Shown here: positions 29,219 through 38,370 of the stretch, piece after piece | Layout of the letters: every line of letters starts with the position of its first letter | Position numbering within the stretch: the stretch's first letter is position 1 | Sequence record: NZ_CP104760.1 | DNA length: 64,000 nt | Source: a plasmid | Reading direction: 5' to 3' (one strand) | Position numbers and translations under genes: made by a program | The notes under the pieces: generated by a model | The model's database searches: none | The model's input: only the letters and a program-made list of their open reading frames with translations | Told to the model about the DNA's origin: nothing

Positions 29219-30714
29219 GCGACAACCGTTCACAGGCGTTGCCGCAGGGCTATCGCTTTAATGAGTTTGAAATTGAGCAGGTGATTGGCGAAGGCGGCTT
29301 CGGCATCGTCTACAGCGCCTGGGATCATCAGCTGGAGCGCCGGGTGGCGATCAAGGAGTATATGCCCGCTTCAATGGCGGTGCGCGGGGAGAACCTGCAT
29401 CTGCAGCTGCGCAGCGAGCGCTTCGTCGCTGTATTTCAGGCCGGTATGAACAGCTTTATTCAGGAGGCGCGCATCCTGGCGCGTTTCTCCCATCCCGGCC
29501 TGCTCCATGTGCTGCGTTTCTGGCAGGATAACGATACTGCCTATATGGTCACGGAGTTTTACAGCGGCGATACCCTGAAAAACCGCTATCAGAAAGAGCC
29601 GCAGCTGGTGAACGAAACATGGATCCGCTCGCTGCTGCCGCCGCTGCTCAGCGCCTTGCGCACGCTGCACGACAACGGTTATCTGCATCGCGATATCGCG
29701 CTGGATAATATTCAGATTCAGGAGAACATGCTGCCGGTGCTGCTCGACTTTGGCTCGGCATGCAAAGAGATCGGCCATCTCACCGATAAAACCGAGATTA
29801 TGCTCAAGCCCGGCTATGCGCCGATTGAACAGTACAGCGAGGGACGCGATGGCGACCAGGGGCCCTGGACCGATATCTACGCCCTCGGCGCGGTGCTGCA
29901 TATGCTGGTCGCTGGCGAACCGCCGCCGGTCAGCGTCGTGCGGCTGATCAGCAATAACTATCAGCCGCTGGCGCAGCGCCAGCCGCCGGGCTTCTCTCTG
30001 TCGCTGTTGCAGCTGATCGATGAGATGCTGCAGCTGCAGCCCGAAGATCGTCCGCAGAGTATTCAGGCGCTGGCAGCGCGGCTGATAAGCCTCGACCGCG
30101 ACCTTGCCGGGCGCGAAACGGCATCTGCCCCTGAGGCGATCCCCACCCCGACGGCGTCGTTCCCGGCGACGTTGCCGGTGGCGGCGTCCCCTGACACCCT
30201 GCTGCCGGTGCCTGCGGTGCCTGATGCCGCGCAGTCGGTGAGCGTGCAGCCAGGGAGAAAAAGCGCCGCGCGCCGTCCGCTGATACTGGCGGCCGCGGCG
30301 GCCGCGGGCCTCGCCGCTGTGGTGGTCTGGCTGGTCGCCCGGCCCGCGCCGTCCGAACCTGCGGTGGCCGCTGTGGCGACTCCCGCTTCGCCCGCTGCCA
30401 CGCCGCCCAGACCTGCGCCCGCGTCATCGCTGGCCGCTGCCTCTGCGCCATCACCGGCGCCGAAGCCGCTACCGGCACCGAAGCCGCCTGTCGCCCAGGC
30501 GCGCGTCTATCTGAATCTTCAGAAGGACGACGCTCTCTTTCTTGACGGCGAGGCGCAGCCCGCTGCCACCGCTGACGAGCCGCGACTGCTACGGCTGGCG
30601 CCGGGCCATTATCAGCTGGCGGTGAAGCGAGGCGAGCAAAACTGGACGCAACAGCTGGAGATTACGCAGGCTGGCACCTGGCTGGTTAAGGTGCCTGAGC
30701 GCTTTACGCCTTAA
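29215..30714 (+). CDS. ppkA: T6SS Ser/Thr protein kinase PpkA (TM helix plus short periplasmic C-terminal domain)
   Basis: Hanks kinase motifs (GEGGFGIVY, VAIKE, HRDIALDN, DFG). Pro/Ala-rich linker, then TM segment PLILAAAAAAGLAAVVVWLVA. ATG 29215 overlaps the clpV stop (ATGA). Confidence 0.85.
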   Translation: MSDNRSQALPQGYRFNEFEIEQVIGEGGFGIVYSAWDHQLERRVAIKEYMPASMAVRGENLHLQLRSERFVAVFQAGMNSFIQEARILARFSHPGLLHVLRFWQDNDTAYMVTEFYSGDTLKNRYQKEPQLVNETWIRSLLPPLLSALRTLHDNGYLHRDIALDNIQIQENMLPVLLDFGSACKEIGHLTDKTEIMLKPGYAPIEQYSEGRDGDQGPWTDIYALGAVLHMLVAGEPPPVSVVRLISNNYQPLAQRQPPGFSLSLLQLIDEMLQLQPEDRPQSIQALAARLISLDRDLAGRETASAPEAIPTPTASFPATLPVAASPDTLLPVPAVPDAAQSVSVQPGRKSAARRPLILAAAAAAGLAAVVVWLVARPAPSEPAVAAVATPASPAATPPRPAPASSLAAASAPSPAPKPLPAPKPPVAQARVYLNLQKDDALFLDGEAQPAATADEPRLLRLAPGHYQLAVKRGEQNWTQQLEITQAGTWLVKVPERFTP

Positions 30715-31097
30715 CGACTGACGCTGCCGTTTTCCCGGAAAACCACATCGTCGCCGTGCGGTGTGGTTTTGGTAACCTGCAGGAACCAGGCGCTGTTATC
30801 GCTGCTGCCCTCTTCCGCCGGAGCCAGCACGTAGGTGTAGGGCGCCTGGCGGAAGATATAGCCGCGAAAGTCGCGCGACGGCCCGATATTCAACGTCGAG
30901 CCTTTCAGGGTCAGCTGGTGGTGATTATTTTTATTCACCGCATGGTAGGTGACCTGGTCGCACTCAATATCCTCGGCGGTGCATTTCCCCAGGGAGAGAT
31001 AGACGTTATAGCTTTTGCTCTGGAAAAAGGGCTTATTATCCTGCGCCAGAGAGTGAAATGTGCAGGCCAGCAGACATAGCGCCATCAGCTTTTTCAT
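30711..31097 (-). CDS. Small periplasmic protein, candidate immunity protein for the adjacent muramidase
   Basis: 128 aa; signal peptide MKKLMALCLLACTFHSLA with Cys pairs. Directly downstream of the lysozyme-like gene with a 4-bp overlap (ATGA). Confidence 0.5.
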   Translation of the reverse strand: MKKLMALCLLACTFHSLAQDNKPFFQSKSYNVYLSLGKCTAEDIECDQVTYHAVNKNNHHQLTLKGSTLNIGPSRDFRGYIFRQAPYTYVLAPAEEGSSDNSAWFLQVTKTTPHGDDVVFRENGSVSR

Positions 31098-31894
31098 ATT
31101 TTTAGATAAACTCCTTCATGGTATACCTTCAGTTCGCTTTTTCGCCGGTTAATTAGCCCGCGCATCGGTTTGCCGTGCGAAAGCGTATAACGCATCCAGG
31201 CGTTATCAAGGTTTTCGCCTGACTCACCGTTTATTATTTTCAAAACGGTGGAGTAGTAAAATCCAGCATGATGCCGATCGTCTCTGCTGCCGATATTGAA
31301 CGCGAAGATTAATAACGCGTCAAATTCGTTCTGGGTTAAATCCACCTTCACATAGTCGCGCACCGTCGCAATAAAGGGTTTCAGATCGCGCGCGAATAAT
31401 GCCTCGGCGTCGCTCTCTGAAATTCCCTCTTTATATTGCGCAAAATCGCTCTTACGGCTTATCCAGTGACCGTAACCGATGGTAGCGCCGCTGGTCCAGC
31501 TGTCGATAGTCATGGAGGTCTGGTCATCGTAGGGCAAGGTGTGCAGCTGCTCATACTGCATCAGCAGGCGCAGGCAGCGGTAGCTGGGCAGTATCTGGCG
31601 AGGCTGGCGCCGCGTGCCCTGCCGGTTCGTGCTGGTCGCGCCCTGCGGCCCGCGCGGCGGCGAGGCGTTTTGCGTCAGGTGCTGCAACGTTTTCCTGCCT
31701 GGCGTCACTATCCCGTCGGGCAGATGATAAAGACGTTTCTGGTAATCGATAATGGCTTTAAGGGTATTACTGCCGCAGATTCCGTCGACCCTGAGCGCAG
31801 GGAAGCCGTTTTCACGCAGTAATTTTTGCACGACGACGACATCCTGAGGCCGGTTGACCGCACCCTTACCTACCGGGGAAGTTATGGTTTCCAT
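31094..31894 (-). CDS. Peptidoglycan-binding-domain + lysozyme-like (phage/T4-type muramidase fold) protein, candidate T6SS Tge-type effector
   Basis: N-terminal PG_binding_1-like segment (VVVVQKLLRENGFPALRVDGICGSNTLKAIIDYQ). C-terminal lysozyme motifs (TIGYGHW…SESDAEALFARDL…LTQNEFDALLIFAFNIG…GLINRRKSELKVY). No signal peptide. The track ORF extends to a TTG at 31954; the ATG at 31894 is preferred. Confidence 0.6.
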   Translation of the reverse strand: METITSPVGKGAVNRPQDVVVVQKLLRENGFPALRVDGICGSNTLKAIIDYQKRLYHLPDGIVTPGRKTLQHLTQNASPPRGPQGATSTNRQGTRRQPRQILPSYRCLRLLMQYEQLHTLPYDDQTSMTIDSWTSGATIGYGHWISRKSDFAQYKEGISESDAEALFARDLKPFIATVRDYVKVDLTQNEFDALLIFAFNIGSRDDRHHAGFYYSTVLKIINGESGENLDNAWMRYTLSHGKPMRGLINRRKSELKVYHEGVYLKI

Positions 31895-32179
31895 CTGAGA
31901 TCCGTTAATATCAGAAAGGTTTGCCAGACTCGTGCGGCGCAAACTGATCCGCAACGCCTGACTTTATCCGCAACGTATGACAGCCAGATGAAATTTAACT
32001 TTTTATCCCCTTTTAATCGGCGGGAAAATAGAGCGAATGCGGCGTGCATTAATTTCGCCAGCCGCGCCTGTTGATATTTCTCTTTAATAATGTCGATGGG
32101 GCTGTTTAATTAATTGTCTCCAGGAATCTCCTGAAAATGCTTTTGCCTCTGCCTGGTTTGGACGCTATTTCCCACGCGA

Positions 32180-32539
32180 TCACGCCTCTGCGGCAGGAAG
32201 GCTCTCCGGTGAGGTGAAAATCTGCAGCCCCAGCGACTGGCCGAGGCGGACATCATTATCGGCGCCCTGCGACGCGCCAGGCATGCGCAGAATAGCGTCG
32301 CAGCAGGCGATTAAGCGATGCGCGACCGGATAGAGAAAAGCCTCGCTGATCTCGTCGCCGATGCGCGTAGATCCGGCGGCGGCGGCCAGCGGCAGCGCCA
32401 GCCACTCGCCGATAACAGGCGTATGGCCGCGTTGATAGATCGCCAGCGCCATACGGTTCATCTTCTCAAGGTTGGCGTGAATCAACGCCTGGTCGCCATT
32501 CGTGCCGCTGCGAACCGGTCCTGCAATCAGAATCAGCAT
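32180..32539 (-). CDS. Small hypothetical protein (DUF4406 / nucleoside 2-deoxyribosyltransferase-like?)
   Basis: 119 aa, MLILIAGPVRSGTNGD… N-terminus. Overlaps the nudK stop and is co-directional with it. Function assignment is weak. Confidence 0.35.
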   Translation of the reverse strand: MLILIAGPVRSGTNGDQALIHANLEKMNRMALAIYQRGHTPVIGEWLALPLAAAAGSTRIGDEISEAFLYPVAHRLIACCDAILRMPGASQGADNDVRLGQSLGLQIFTSPESLPAAEA

Positions 32540-33126
32540 CGATTTTTCTCCTGAAAAATGTCGTTGAGCGCCAGGTACTGCAGCAAAATGATGGTTTTCG
32601 CATCCTCAATCTCGCCGCTGCGTACCGCCTCCAGCGCGCGGCTGAAAGGCCATTCCAGCACGTCGATCTCTTCGCCTTCTTCCGCCAGTCCGCCGCCAGC
32701 GCCGCGGCGATCGCTGTCGCTGTATTCGGCAATGAAAAAATAGAGTTTTTCCGTCACCGAGCCGGGGCTCATGTAGGCTTCCAGCACCTTTTCAATCTGC
32801 GTGACCCGGAAGCCCGTCTCCTCTTCCGCTTCTGCCCTAATGCGCGCTTCTGGCGAAGCGTTATCAAGCAGACCCGCCGCCGCCTCGATCAAATAGCCGT
32901 TGTGGCCGTTGATATAGACTGGCAGGCGAAACTGTCGGGTCAGCACCACGTGCTTTTTCGCGCGGTTGTAGAGCAGGATCACGGCGCCATTGCCGCGATC
33001 GTAGGCCTCGCGGCTCTGCTCCTGCCAGCTGCCATCGGCGCGCTGCTGTTCAAAGGTATATTTCTTTAGCGTGTACCAGTTATCGGATAACAGTTGCTCA
33101 CGCATATGGCGTATTTTCGGCTGCAT
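32533..33126 (-). CDS. nudK: GDP-mannose pyrophosphatase NudK (Nudix hydrolase)
   Basis: 197 aa, collinear with E. coli NudK (…LSDNWYTLKKYTF…YDRGNGAVILLYN…; Nudix box …EAAAGLLDNASPEARIRAEAEEETG…). Confidence 0.8.
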   Translation of the reverse strand: MQPKIRHMREQLLSDNWYTLKKYTFEQQRADGSWQEQSREAYDRGNGAVILLYNRAKKHVVLTRQFRLPVYINGHNGYLIEAAAGLLDNASPEARIRAEAEEETGFRVTQIEKVLEAYMSPGSVTEKLYFFIAEYSDSDRRGAGGGLAEEGEEIDVLEWPFSRALEAVRSGEIEDAKTIILLQYLALNDIFQEKNRC

Positions 33127-33206
33127 GTTTTCTCCTCAAGGTAGTGACAGAAAGCACGCTATCATGCACAATCGTGCAATATCAAGAAAAAACAAAGGTT
33201 ATAATT

Positions 33207-33956
33207 ATGCTGAGTTCACAGCGCAAACAGCAGATTCTGGCGATCCTTGCCGCAGAGAAACAGGTCATGTCCAGCGAGCTGAGCCAGCGATTTAACGTCT
33301 CAGAAGACTCTGTTCGGCGCGATCTGCGGGAGCTGGCGGCAGAAGGGTTGCTACAGCGCGTACACGGCGGCGCGTTGCCGGTTTCAGCCGCAGTCGCCCC
33401 GTTTGAAACACGCAAAAACGTGCAAACAGGCTCAAAAAGGCTCATCGCGCAAAAAGCGGTCGGGCTTATTCAGCCGGGGCAGGTCGTGATTATTGACGGT
33501 GGCACGACCACTGAGGCGATGGTGCGCCAGCTGCCACAGGATCTGGCGTTTACTGCCGTGACCCACAGCCCGAGCATCGCCGTGGCGCTGGTCGATTATC
33601 CTCAGGTCGAGGTGATTATGATTGGCGGCCTGCTCTATCGTCATTCCGTGGTCGCGGTCGGCGCATCGGTGCTGGAGTCCGTGGCGCGCATCAATGCCGA
33701 TCTCTTTTTTATGGGCGTGACGGGCGTACACAAAAGCGCGGGATTAACCACCGGCAACTACGAAGAGGCAGGGGTTAAACGGGCACTGGCGGCGCGCGCG
33801 TCGGAAACGGTGGTGATGGTTTCGCAGGAGAAGATGAATTCAGCCTCGGCATTTGCCATCGGCGATTTGACGCTGGCCAGCACGCTGGTGGTCGACGGCA
33901 AGCCGGATGCGGAGATGCGTGAACTGCTGGCACAAAAGCAGATTGCGGTTATCTGA
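33207..33956 (+). CDS. DeoR/GlpR-family transcriptional regulator
   Basis: N-terminal HTH (RKQQILAILAAEKQVMSSELSQRFNVSEDSVRRDLRELA) plus a DeoR C-terminal sugar-binding domain. ATG 33207 preferred over the track start 33144. Confidence 0.75.
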   Translation: MLSSQRKQQILAILAAEKQVMSSELSQRFNVSEDSVRRDLRELAAEGLLQRVHGGALPVSAAVAPFETRKNVQTGSKRLIAQKAVGLIQPGQVVIIDGGTTTEAMVRQLPQDLAFTAVTHSPSIAVALVDYPQVEVIMIGGLLYRHSVVAVGASVLESVARINADLFFMGVTGVHKSAGLTTGNYEEAGVKRALAARASETVVMVSQEKMNSASAFAIGDLTLASTLVVDGKPDAEMRELLAQKQIAVI

Positions 33957-34005
33957 GCAGGCGGCGGGCGTCGCTCGTTGCGCCCGCCGCCTGCTCTATG
34001 AAACG

Positions 34006-34758
34006 TTACTGTGACAGCTGCTGCGCCGCGCGTTCGATAACCGCGGCGATTTTCGCCGGCTGTGAGGCGTAAATCGCATGGCTGCCCTCCACCTCAGATG
34101 TCTCACTGTGGGCGCGCGTCGCCATAAAGCGCTCCAGTTGAGGATTGATGGAGCGGTCTTGAGTAGCAACGATGGCCCAGCTTGGCTTGACGCGCCAGGC
34201 GGGCTGCCCGGCGGCACTGTTAAACGCGGCGACCGCAGGCATCACCTGGGCGCGCGCCATCATTGCGGCCTGTTCGGCAGGGAGATCCGCGGCGAAATCG
34301 GCGCGGAATTTCTCAGGTTTGATAAAGAGAAAGTGATCCGGCGTTTCAGCGATCGCCTTGCCCGCGGGCGGGTACTTGCCCGCCAGGCTGAGCAGACTTT
34401 CGCCCTTGTCAGGCTGAAACGCCGCGACGTATACCAGACCGGCCACCGACGGGCTGTTTCCCGCATCGCTGATGATCATGCCGCCGTAGCTGTGTCCGAC
34501 CAGCAATGTTTTGCCACTCTGCTGAGCCAGCACGCGTCGGGTTGCGGCGACGTCATCGGCCAGTGAGGTTTGCGGCTCCTGCACGATAGCGACCTTATAG
34601 CCATCTTTATCCAGAATACGCGCCACCGGATCCCAGCCGGAACCGTCGGCGAAGGCGCCATGCACCAGCACTACATTTTTAACCGGCTCGGCCAGCGCGC
34701 TTTGCGCATAAGCAGAGACCGCCAGGCTGAACGCCAGCGCAGCAAAAGATTTTTTCAT
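34006..34758 (-). CDS. Secreted alpha/beta-fold hydrolase
   Basis: Signal peptide; VVLVHGAFADGSGW and GHSYGG nucleophile elbow. Confidence 0.7.
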   Translation of the reverse strand: MKKSFAALAFSLAVSAYAQSALAEPVKNVVLVHGAFADGSGWDPVARILDKDGYKVAIVQEPQTSLADDVAATRRVLAQQSGKTLLVGHSYGGMIISDAGNSPSVAGLVYVAAFQPDKGESLLSLAGKYPPAGKAIAETPDHFLFIKPEKFRADFAADLPAEQAAMMARAQVMPAVAAFNSAAGQPAWRVKPSWAIVATQDRSINPQLERFMATRAHSETSEVEGSHAIYASQPAKIAAVIERAAQQLSQ

Positions 34759-34864
34759 TATTCTCTTCTCTCATCAGGTCTGGAAACGGCCGTCGCACGC
34801 TTTCGCTCAGCCGGGACAGTGAATTAGTCGATTCTGCGGCGGCGCGCCGCCGCAGGCTAAGCGA

Positions 34865-35545
34865 TTATTTAGCTAACGTTTTCAGCAGCTGCGCCGCCGC
34901 TGCCGCCGAAGAGCCCGGGTTCTGGCCGGTGATCAGCAGGCCATCCTGAACGACATACGACCCCCAGTCTTCGCCTTTAGAATAGAGGCCCCCTTTGGCG
35001 ATCAGCTCGTCTTCCACCAGGAAAGGCACGATGTTCGTCAGGCCAACGCCCTCCTCTTCGCTGTTGGCGAAGCCGGTGACTTTTTTGCCCTCGACCAGCG
35101 GACGGCCCGCTGAGGTTTTCACATGGCGCAGTACGCCTGGCGCATGACAGACCAGCGCAACGGGTTTGCCTGCTTCGATAAAGCGTTCAATCAGGGCGAT
35201 TGAGTGACTGTCTTCCGCCAGGTCCCATAACGGGCCGTGACCGCCCGGATAGAACACCGTGTCGAAATCAGCGGCGGAAACGCTATCCAGGCGCACCGTC
35301 GACGCCAGCTGCGCGTTGGCTTCCGCGTCCGCTTCAAAGCGATGCGTCAGCTCTGTCTGGAAATCGGGCTCATTGCTTTTTGGATCCAGCGGCGGGTTGC
35401 CGCCTTTCGGCGAGGCCAGGGTAATATCGGCGCCAGCATCTTTGAAGGCGTAGTAAGGCGCGGCCAGCTCTTCCAGCCAGAAGCCGGTTTTACGTCCGGT
35501 ATCGCCCAGCCGATCGTGTGAGGTCAAAACCATAAGTACTTTCAT
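34865..35545 (-). CDS. DJ-1/PfpI (type 1 glutamine amidotransferase-like) family protein
   Basis: 226 aa; DJ-1 fold motifs (…DTVFYPGGHGP…ALVCHAPGVL…). Confidence 0.75.
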   Translation of the reverse strand: MKVLMVLTSHDRLGDTGRKTGFWLEELAAPYYAFKDAGADITLASPKGGNPPLDPKSNEPDFQTELTHRFEADAEANAQLASTVRLDSVSAADFDTVFYPGGHGPLWDLAEDSHSIALIERFIEAGKPVALVCHAPGVLRHVKTSAGRPLVEGKKVTGFANSEEEGVGLTNIVPFLVEDELIAKGGLYSKGEDWGSYVVQDGLLITGQNPGSSAAAAAQLLKTLAK

Positions 35546-35582
35546 ATCCGTTCTCCGCGTTGTGAATGTGACATTTAAATAG

Positions 35583-35599
35583 TAGACCAGTCGTCTAGA
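35583..35599. promoter_or_regulatory. Operator-like 17-bp palindrome TAGACCAGTCGTCTAGA in the promoter region of the DJ-1-family gene
   Basis: Near-identical (16/17) to a second copy at 36272-36288 beside the tetR start. Arms TAGAC/GTCTA. Confidence 0.5.
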
Positions 35600-35645
35600 T
35601 TTTGCTGATAAAAAAAAGCCGTCTCCGACCTGTTGTGCTGCCTCC

Positions 35646-36251
35646 TCAGGAGGCAGCGTTAAGACTTTGCTGCGTCAGCACCATGGCTGACTCAAAGGGC
35701 TGCTTGTTGCGAACAATCTTGACCATCACGCTGGCACCCAGCCAGAGCTGATAAAGACTTTCCGCCACAACGTCTGGCTTCTGTTCGATATGGAGCGAAC
35801 CTTCCGCTACACCCGCCTCAATGGCGTCAGTCAGACGTGCTACGATCCCGGCTGTTCCCTTTTGCAGGGTCTGCCGCATCGCCTCAGAGAGATCGGCGAC
35901 TTCAGCGCCCAGCTTGACGGCCAGACATTTGCCCTGGCAGTCCTGAAAAGATTGCGTATCCTGCCACTGTTGCCAGTAATGCATAAGCCTTTGCTGCATC
36001 GTGCAGTTGGGCTGGCCCAGCGTCTTATCCATACTGGCGAGATACTCTTCAAAATAGCTTTCCAGCATGGCGACGCCAAAAGCGTCTTTCGAACCAAAGT
36101 AGTGATAGAAAGAGCCTTTCGGCACGCCTGCTTCGGTCAGGATCTCGTTGAGACCGACAGCCGAGTATCCTTTGCTGGCCATAATGCGTTGGCCTGTCGC
36201 AAGAATATGTTCGCGGATGTCTTCTCTGTGTTTGTGAGCGACTGTGTTCAT
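35646..36251 (-). CDS. TetR/AcrR-family transcriptional regulator
   Basis: N-terminal TetR HTH (ILATGQRIMASKGYSAVGLNEILTEAGVPKGSFYHYFGSKD). Confidence 0.85.
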   Translation of the reverse strand: MNTVAHKHREDIREHILATGQRIMASKGYSAVGLNEILTEAGVPKGSFYHYFGSKDAFGVAMLESYFEEYLASMDKTLGQPNCTMQQRLMHYWQQWQDTQSFQDCQGKCLAVKLGAEVADLSEAMRQTLQKGTAGIVARLTDAIEAGVAEGSLHIEQKPDVVAESLYQLWLGASVMVKIVRNKQPFESAMVLTQQSLNAAS

Positions 36252-36271
36252 GGGATAAAGATAGCCTTTAT

Positions 36272-36288
36272 TAGACCGGTCGTCTAGA
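36272..36288. promoter_or_regulatory. Operator-like palindrome TAGACCGGTCGTCTAGA in the tetR / arginase-family divergent intergenic region
   Basis: Second copy of the 17-mer; 21 bp upstream of the tetR start codon. Confidence 0.5.
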
Positions 36289-36369
36289 GGTAATGGTGAT
36301 TTTTTTGCGTCTACTCTACCACGTATCGCGGTAAAGCGTTAAACGTCTTTTTAATCAAGGATATAGGTG

Positions 36370-37188
36370 ATGAAAAGAAAAGTGGCCTGTACGATTTTTC
36401 AGGGCGTCGCTGGCGACCACAACGATCTGGCGATACCGGGCGCAAAAGCTCTCGGCGAACAACTGGCGCAACGCAGCGGCGCTACGCCGGTGGTTATCGG
36501 CTCCCCCGCGGCGGCGACCAAAGCGGACTGGCGTGAAGCGCTGACGGCAGCGCTGCCCGATTTGCAGGCGATGCGCGCCCGCTTTGAACAGATTTTCAGC
36601 GCCGGGGCGATCTCCGTGGCCGCCACCAGCCGCTGCGCCGTCTCGCTGGCGACCCTGCCCGCGCTGGCGAAATATCATCCTGACGCCTGTGTGTTGTGGT
36701 TTGACGCCCATGGCGATCTCAATACGCCTGAATCGTCCACCTCAGGGTTTCTGGGCGGCCTGGCACTCTCGGGGCCCGCCGGGCTGTGGCTTTCCGGGCT
36801 GGGAAGCGGGCTGCGTCTCGATCAGCTGGTGCTGGTCGGCCAGCGCGATCTCGACCCCTTTGAAAAGGATCTGATCGCACAGCATAACATCCCGCTGATT
36901 GCGCCCGGACCCGATGTTGCGGAACGCCTGCGAAAAGCGGTGGCTGGTCGGCCGGTTTATCTGCATCTGGACTGCGACGTGCTGGAACCGGGTATCGTCC
37001 CGACGGACTACCGCTCAGAAGGCGGCCTGACGCTGGCGGATCTCTCCGCCTGCTGTGACGCGCTCGCAGAGAGTCCCTTTTCAGGCATTGAGATTGCGGA
37101 GTTCCAGCACGCCTGGCGGTCGGGCGGCGCGCCGGTGTCGCCCGAACCGCTCCTTGAGGCGCTGACGCCCTTGTGGAGAAGGCTTTAA
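36370..37188 (+). CDS. Arginase/agmatinase/formiminoglutamase (ureohydrolase) family protein
   Basis: Metal-binding ureohydrolase motifs ([15 protein letters not shown]…, HLDCDVLEP). Confidence 0.65.
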   Translation: MKRKVACTIFQGVAGDHNDLAIPGAKALGEQLAQRSGATPVVIGSPAAATKADWREALTAALPDLQAMRARFEQIFSAGAISVAATSRCAVSLATLPALAKYHPDACVLWFDAHGDLNTPESSTSGFLGGLALSGPAGLWLSGLGSGLRLDQLVLVGQRDLDPFEKDLIAQHNIPLIAPGPDVAERLRKAVAGRPVYLHLDCDVLEPGIVPTDYRSEGGLTLADLSACCDALAESPFSGIEIAEFQHAWRSGGAPVSPEPLLEALTPLWRRL

Positions 37189-38060
37189 CGTCCTTTCTTT
37201 TTGCGTCCTGGCTGGGTAAAGCGTTTGCGGTTGCCTGCGCGCTCATCGCTCTTTTCGCTTTTCTTCGGCGCGCTGCTGATTACCGGCTTTTTCACCGCGC
37301 TGCTTTTGGCCGGCGTTTTTTTCTTCGCGGGTTTATCCTCGGAGGAGGAGTTTTCGACCAGCTTAAACAGCTCAGCCAGTTCGTCGTCGGTAAGATCGCG
37401 CCATTCGCCCAGCGGGATACCTTTGAGGTTAACGTTCATGATGCGCGTGCGCTCCAGCTTCGTCACCTCAAAGCCGAAGTGCTTGCACATGCGGCGAATC
37501 TGGCGGTTCAGGCCCTGCACCAGCGTAATGCGAAACACGAAAGCGGACTCTTTGACCACCTTGCATTTTTTAGTCACGGTGCCGAGCATCGGCACGCCTG
37601 CGCCCATGCCGACGATAAACTCGTCGGTGATCGGCTTATCCACGGTCACCACATACTCTTTCTCATGGTTATTGCCCGCACGCAGGATCTTGTTGACCAG
37701 ATCGCCGTTGTTAGTCAGGAAGATCAGCCCCTGGGAATCTTTGTCCAGGCGGCCAATAGGGAAGATGCGTTCGCTGTGGTTGACGAAGTCGCGGATATTG
37801 TCGCGCTCGCCCTCTTCCATCGTTGTGATAATGCCGACCGGCTTGTTCAGCGCAATCAGCACCAGATTCTCTTCGCTGCGCGGCTCGATCAGTTGGCCGT
37901 TTACCTTGACGCTGTCACCCGGAAAGACCTGCGCGCCGACAGCGGCACGTTTGCCGTTGATAAACACGTTGCCCTGTTCGATATAGCGATCGGCGTCGCG
38001 GCGTGAACAGATACCGCTTTCGCTGATGTATTTGTTCAGGCGTGTGGATGAGTTAAGCAA
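37185..38060 (-). CDS. rluF: 23S rRNA pseudouridine synthase RluF
   Basis: Near-collinear with E. coli RluF (S4 domain [15 protein letters not shown]; catalytic [13 protein letters not shown]; Lys-rich C-tail). Probable TTG start at 38060 with GGAGG SD. The track ORF to 38120 is too long. Confidence 0.85.
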   Translation of the reverse strand: MLNSSTRLNKYISESGICSRRDADRYIEQGNVFINGKRAAVGAQVFPGDSVKVNGQLIEPRSEENLVLIALNKPVGIITTMEEGERDNIRDFVNHSERIFPIGRLDKDSQGLIFLTNNGDLVNKILRAGNNHEKEYVVTVDKPITDEFIVGMGAGVPMLGTVTKKCKVVKESAFVFRITLVQGLNRQIRRMCKHFGFEVTKLERTRIMNVNLKGIPLGEWRDLTDDELAELFKLVENSSSEDKPAKKKTPAKSSAVKKPVISSAPKKSEKSDERAGNRKRFTQPGRKKKGR

Positions 38061-38370
38061 GGGAAACCTCCAAAAAGCGCGGACTATACAATAATCTTGC
38101 GGGTAAATCCTGCGCTTCATGCAGGTTAGCCCGTTCTTCTCAACCTGCCCCGTTTATCACGACGGCGGAGTGCGCTTATGTAGCATATTCCCGCTTTCTT
38201 TTCTCCTGTTCCTGATGTCAGGCTTGCCAGCGCCATCACAATTTCCAATGACCCGCCGCCTTGTAAGTTTTACAGCCGCATGACAACATCCGTACATGTA
38301 TATACATCTTGCATCACAACGGTTAACAAAGGGCAGATAATAACTAACAACCCAGCTTAGCGAGGAAACT

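Noticed and set aside
29137-30714. ppkA starting at 29137 (track start)
   Set aside because: The upstream extension overlaps the clpV C-terminus. The kinase subdomain I begins right after ATG 29215, which overlaps the clpV stop in the usual ATGA coupling.
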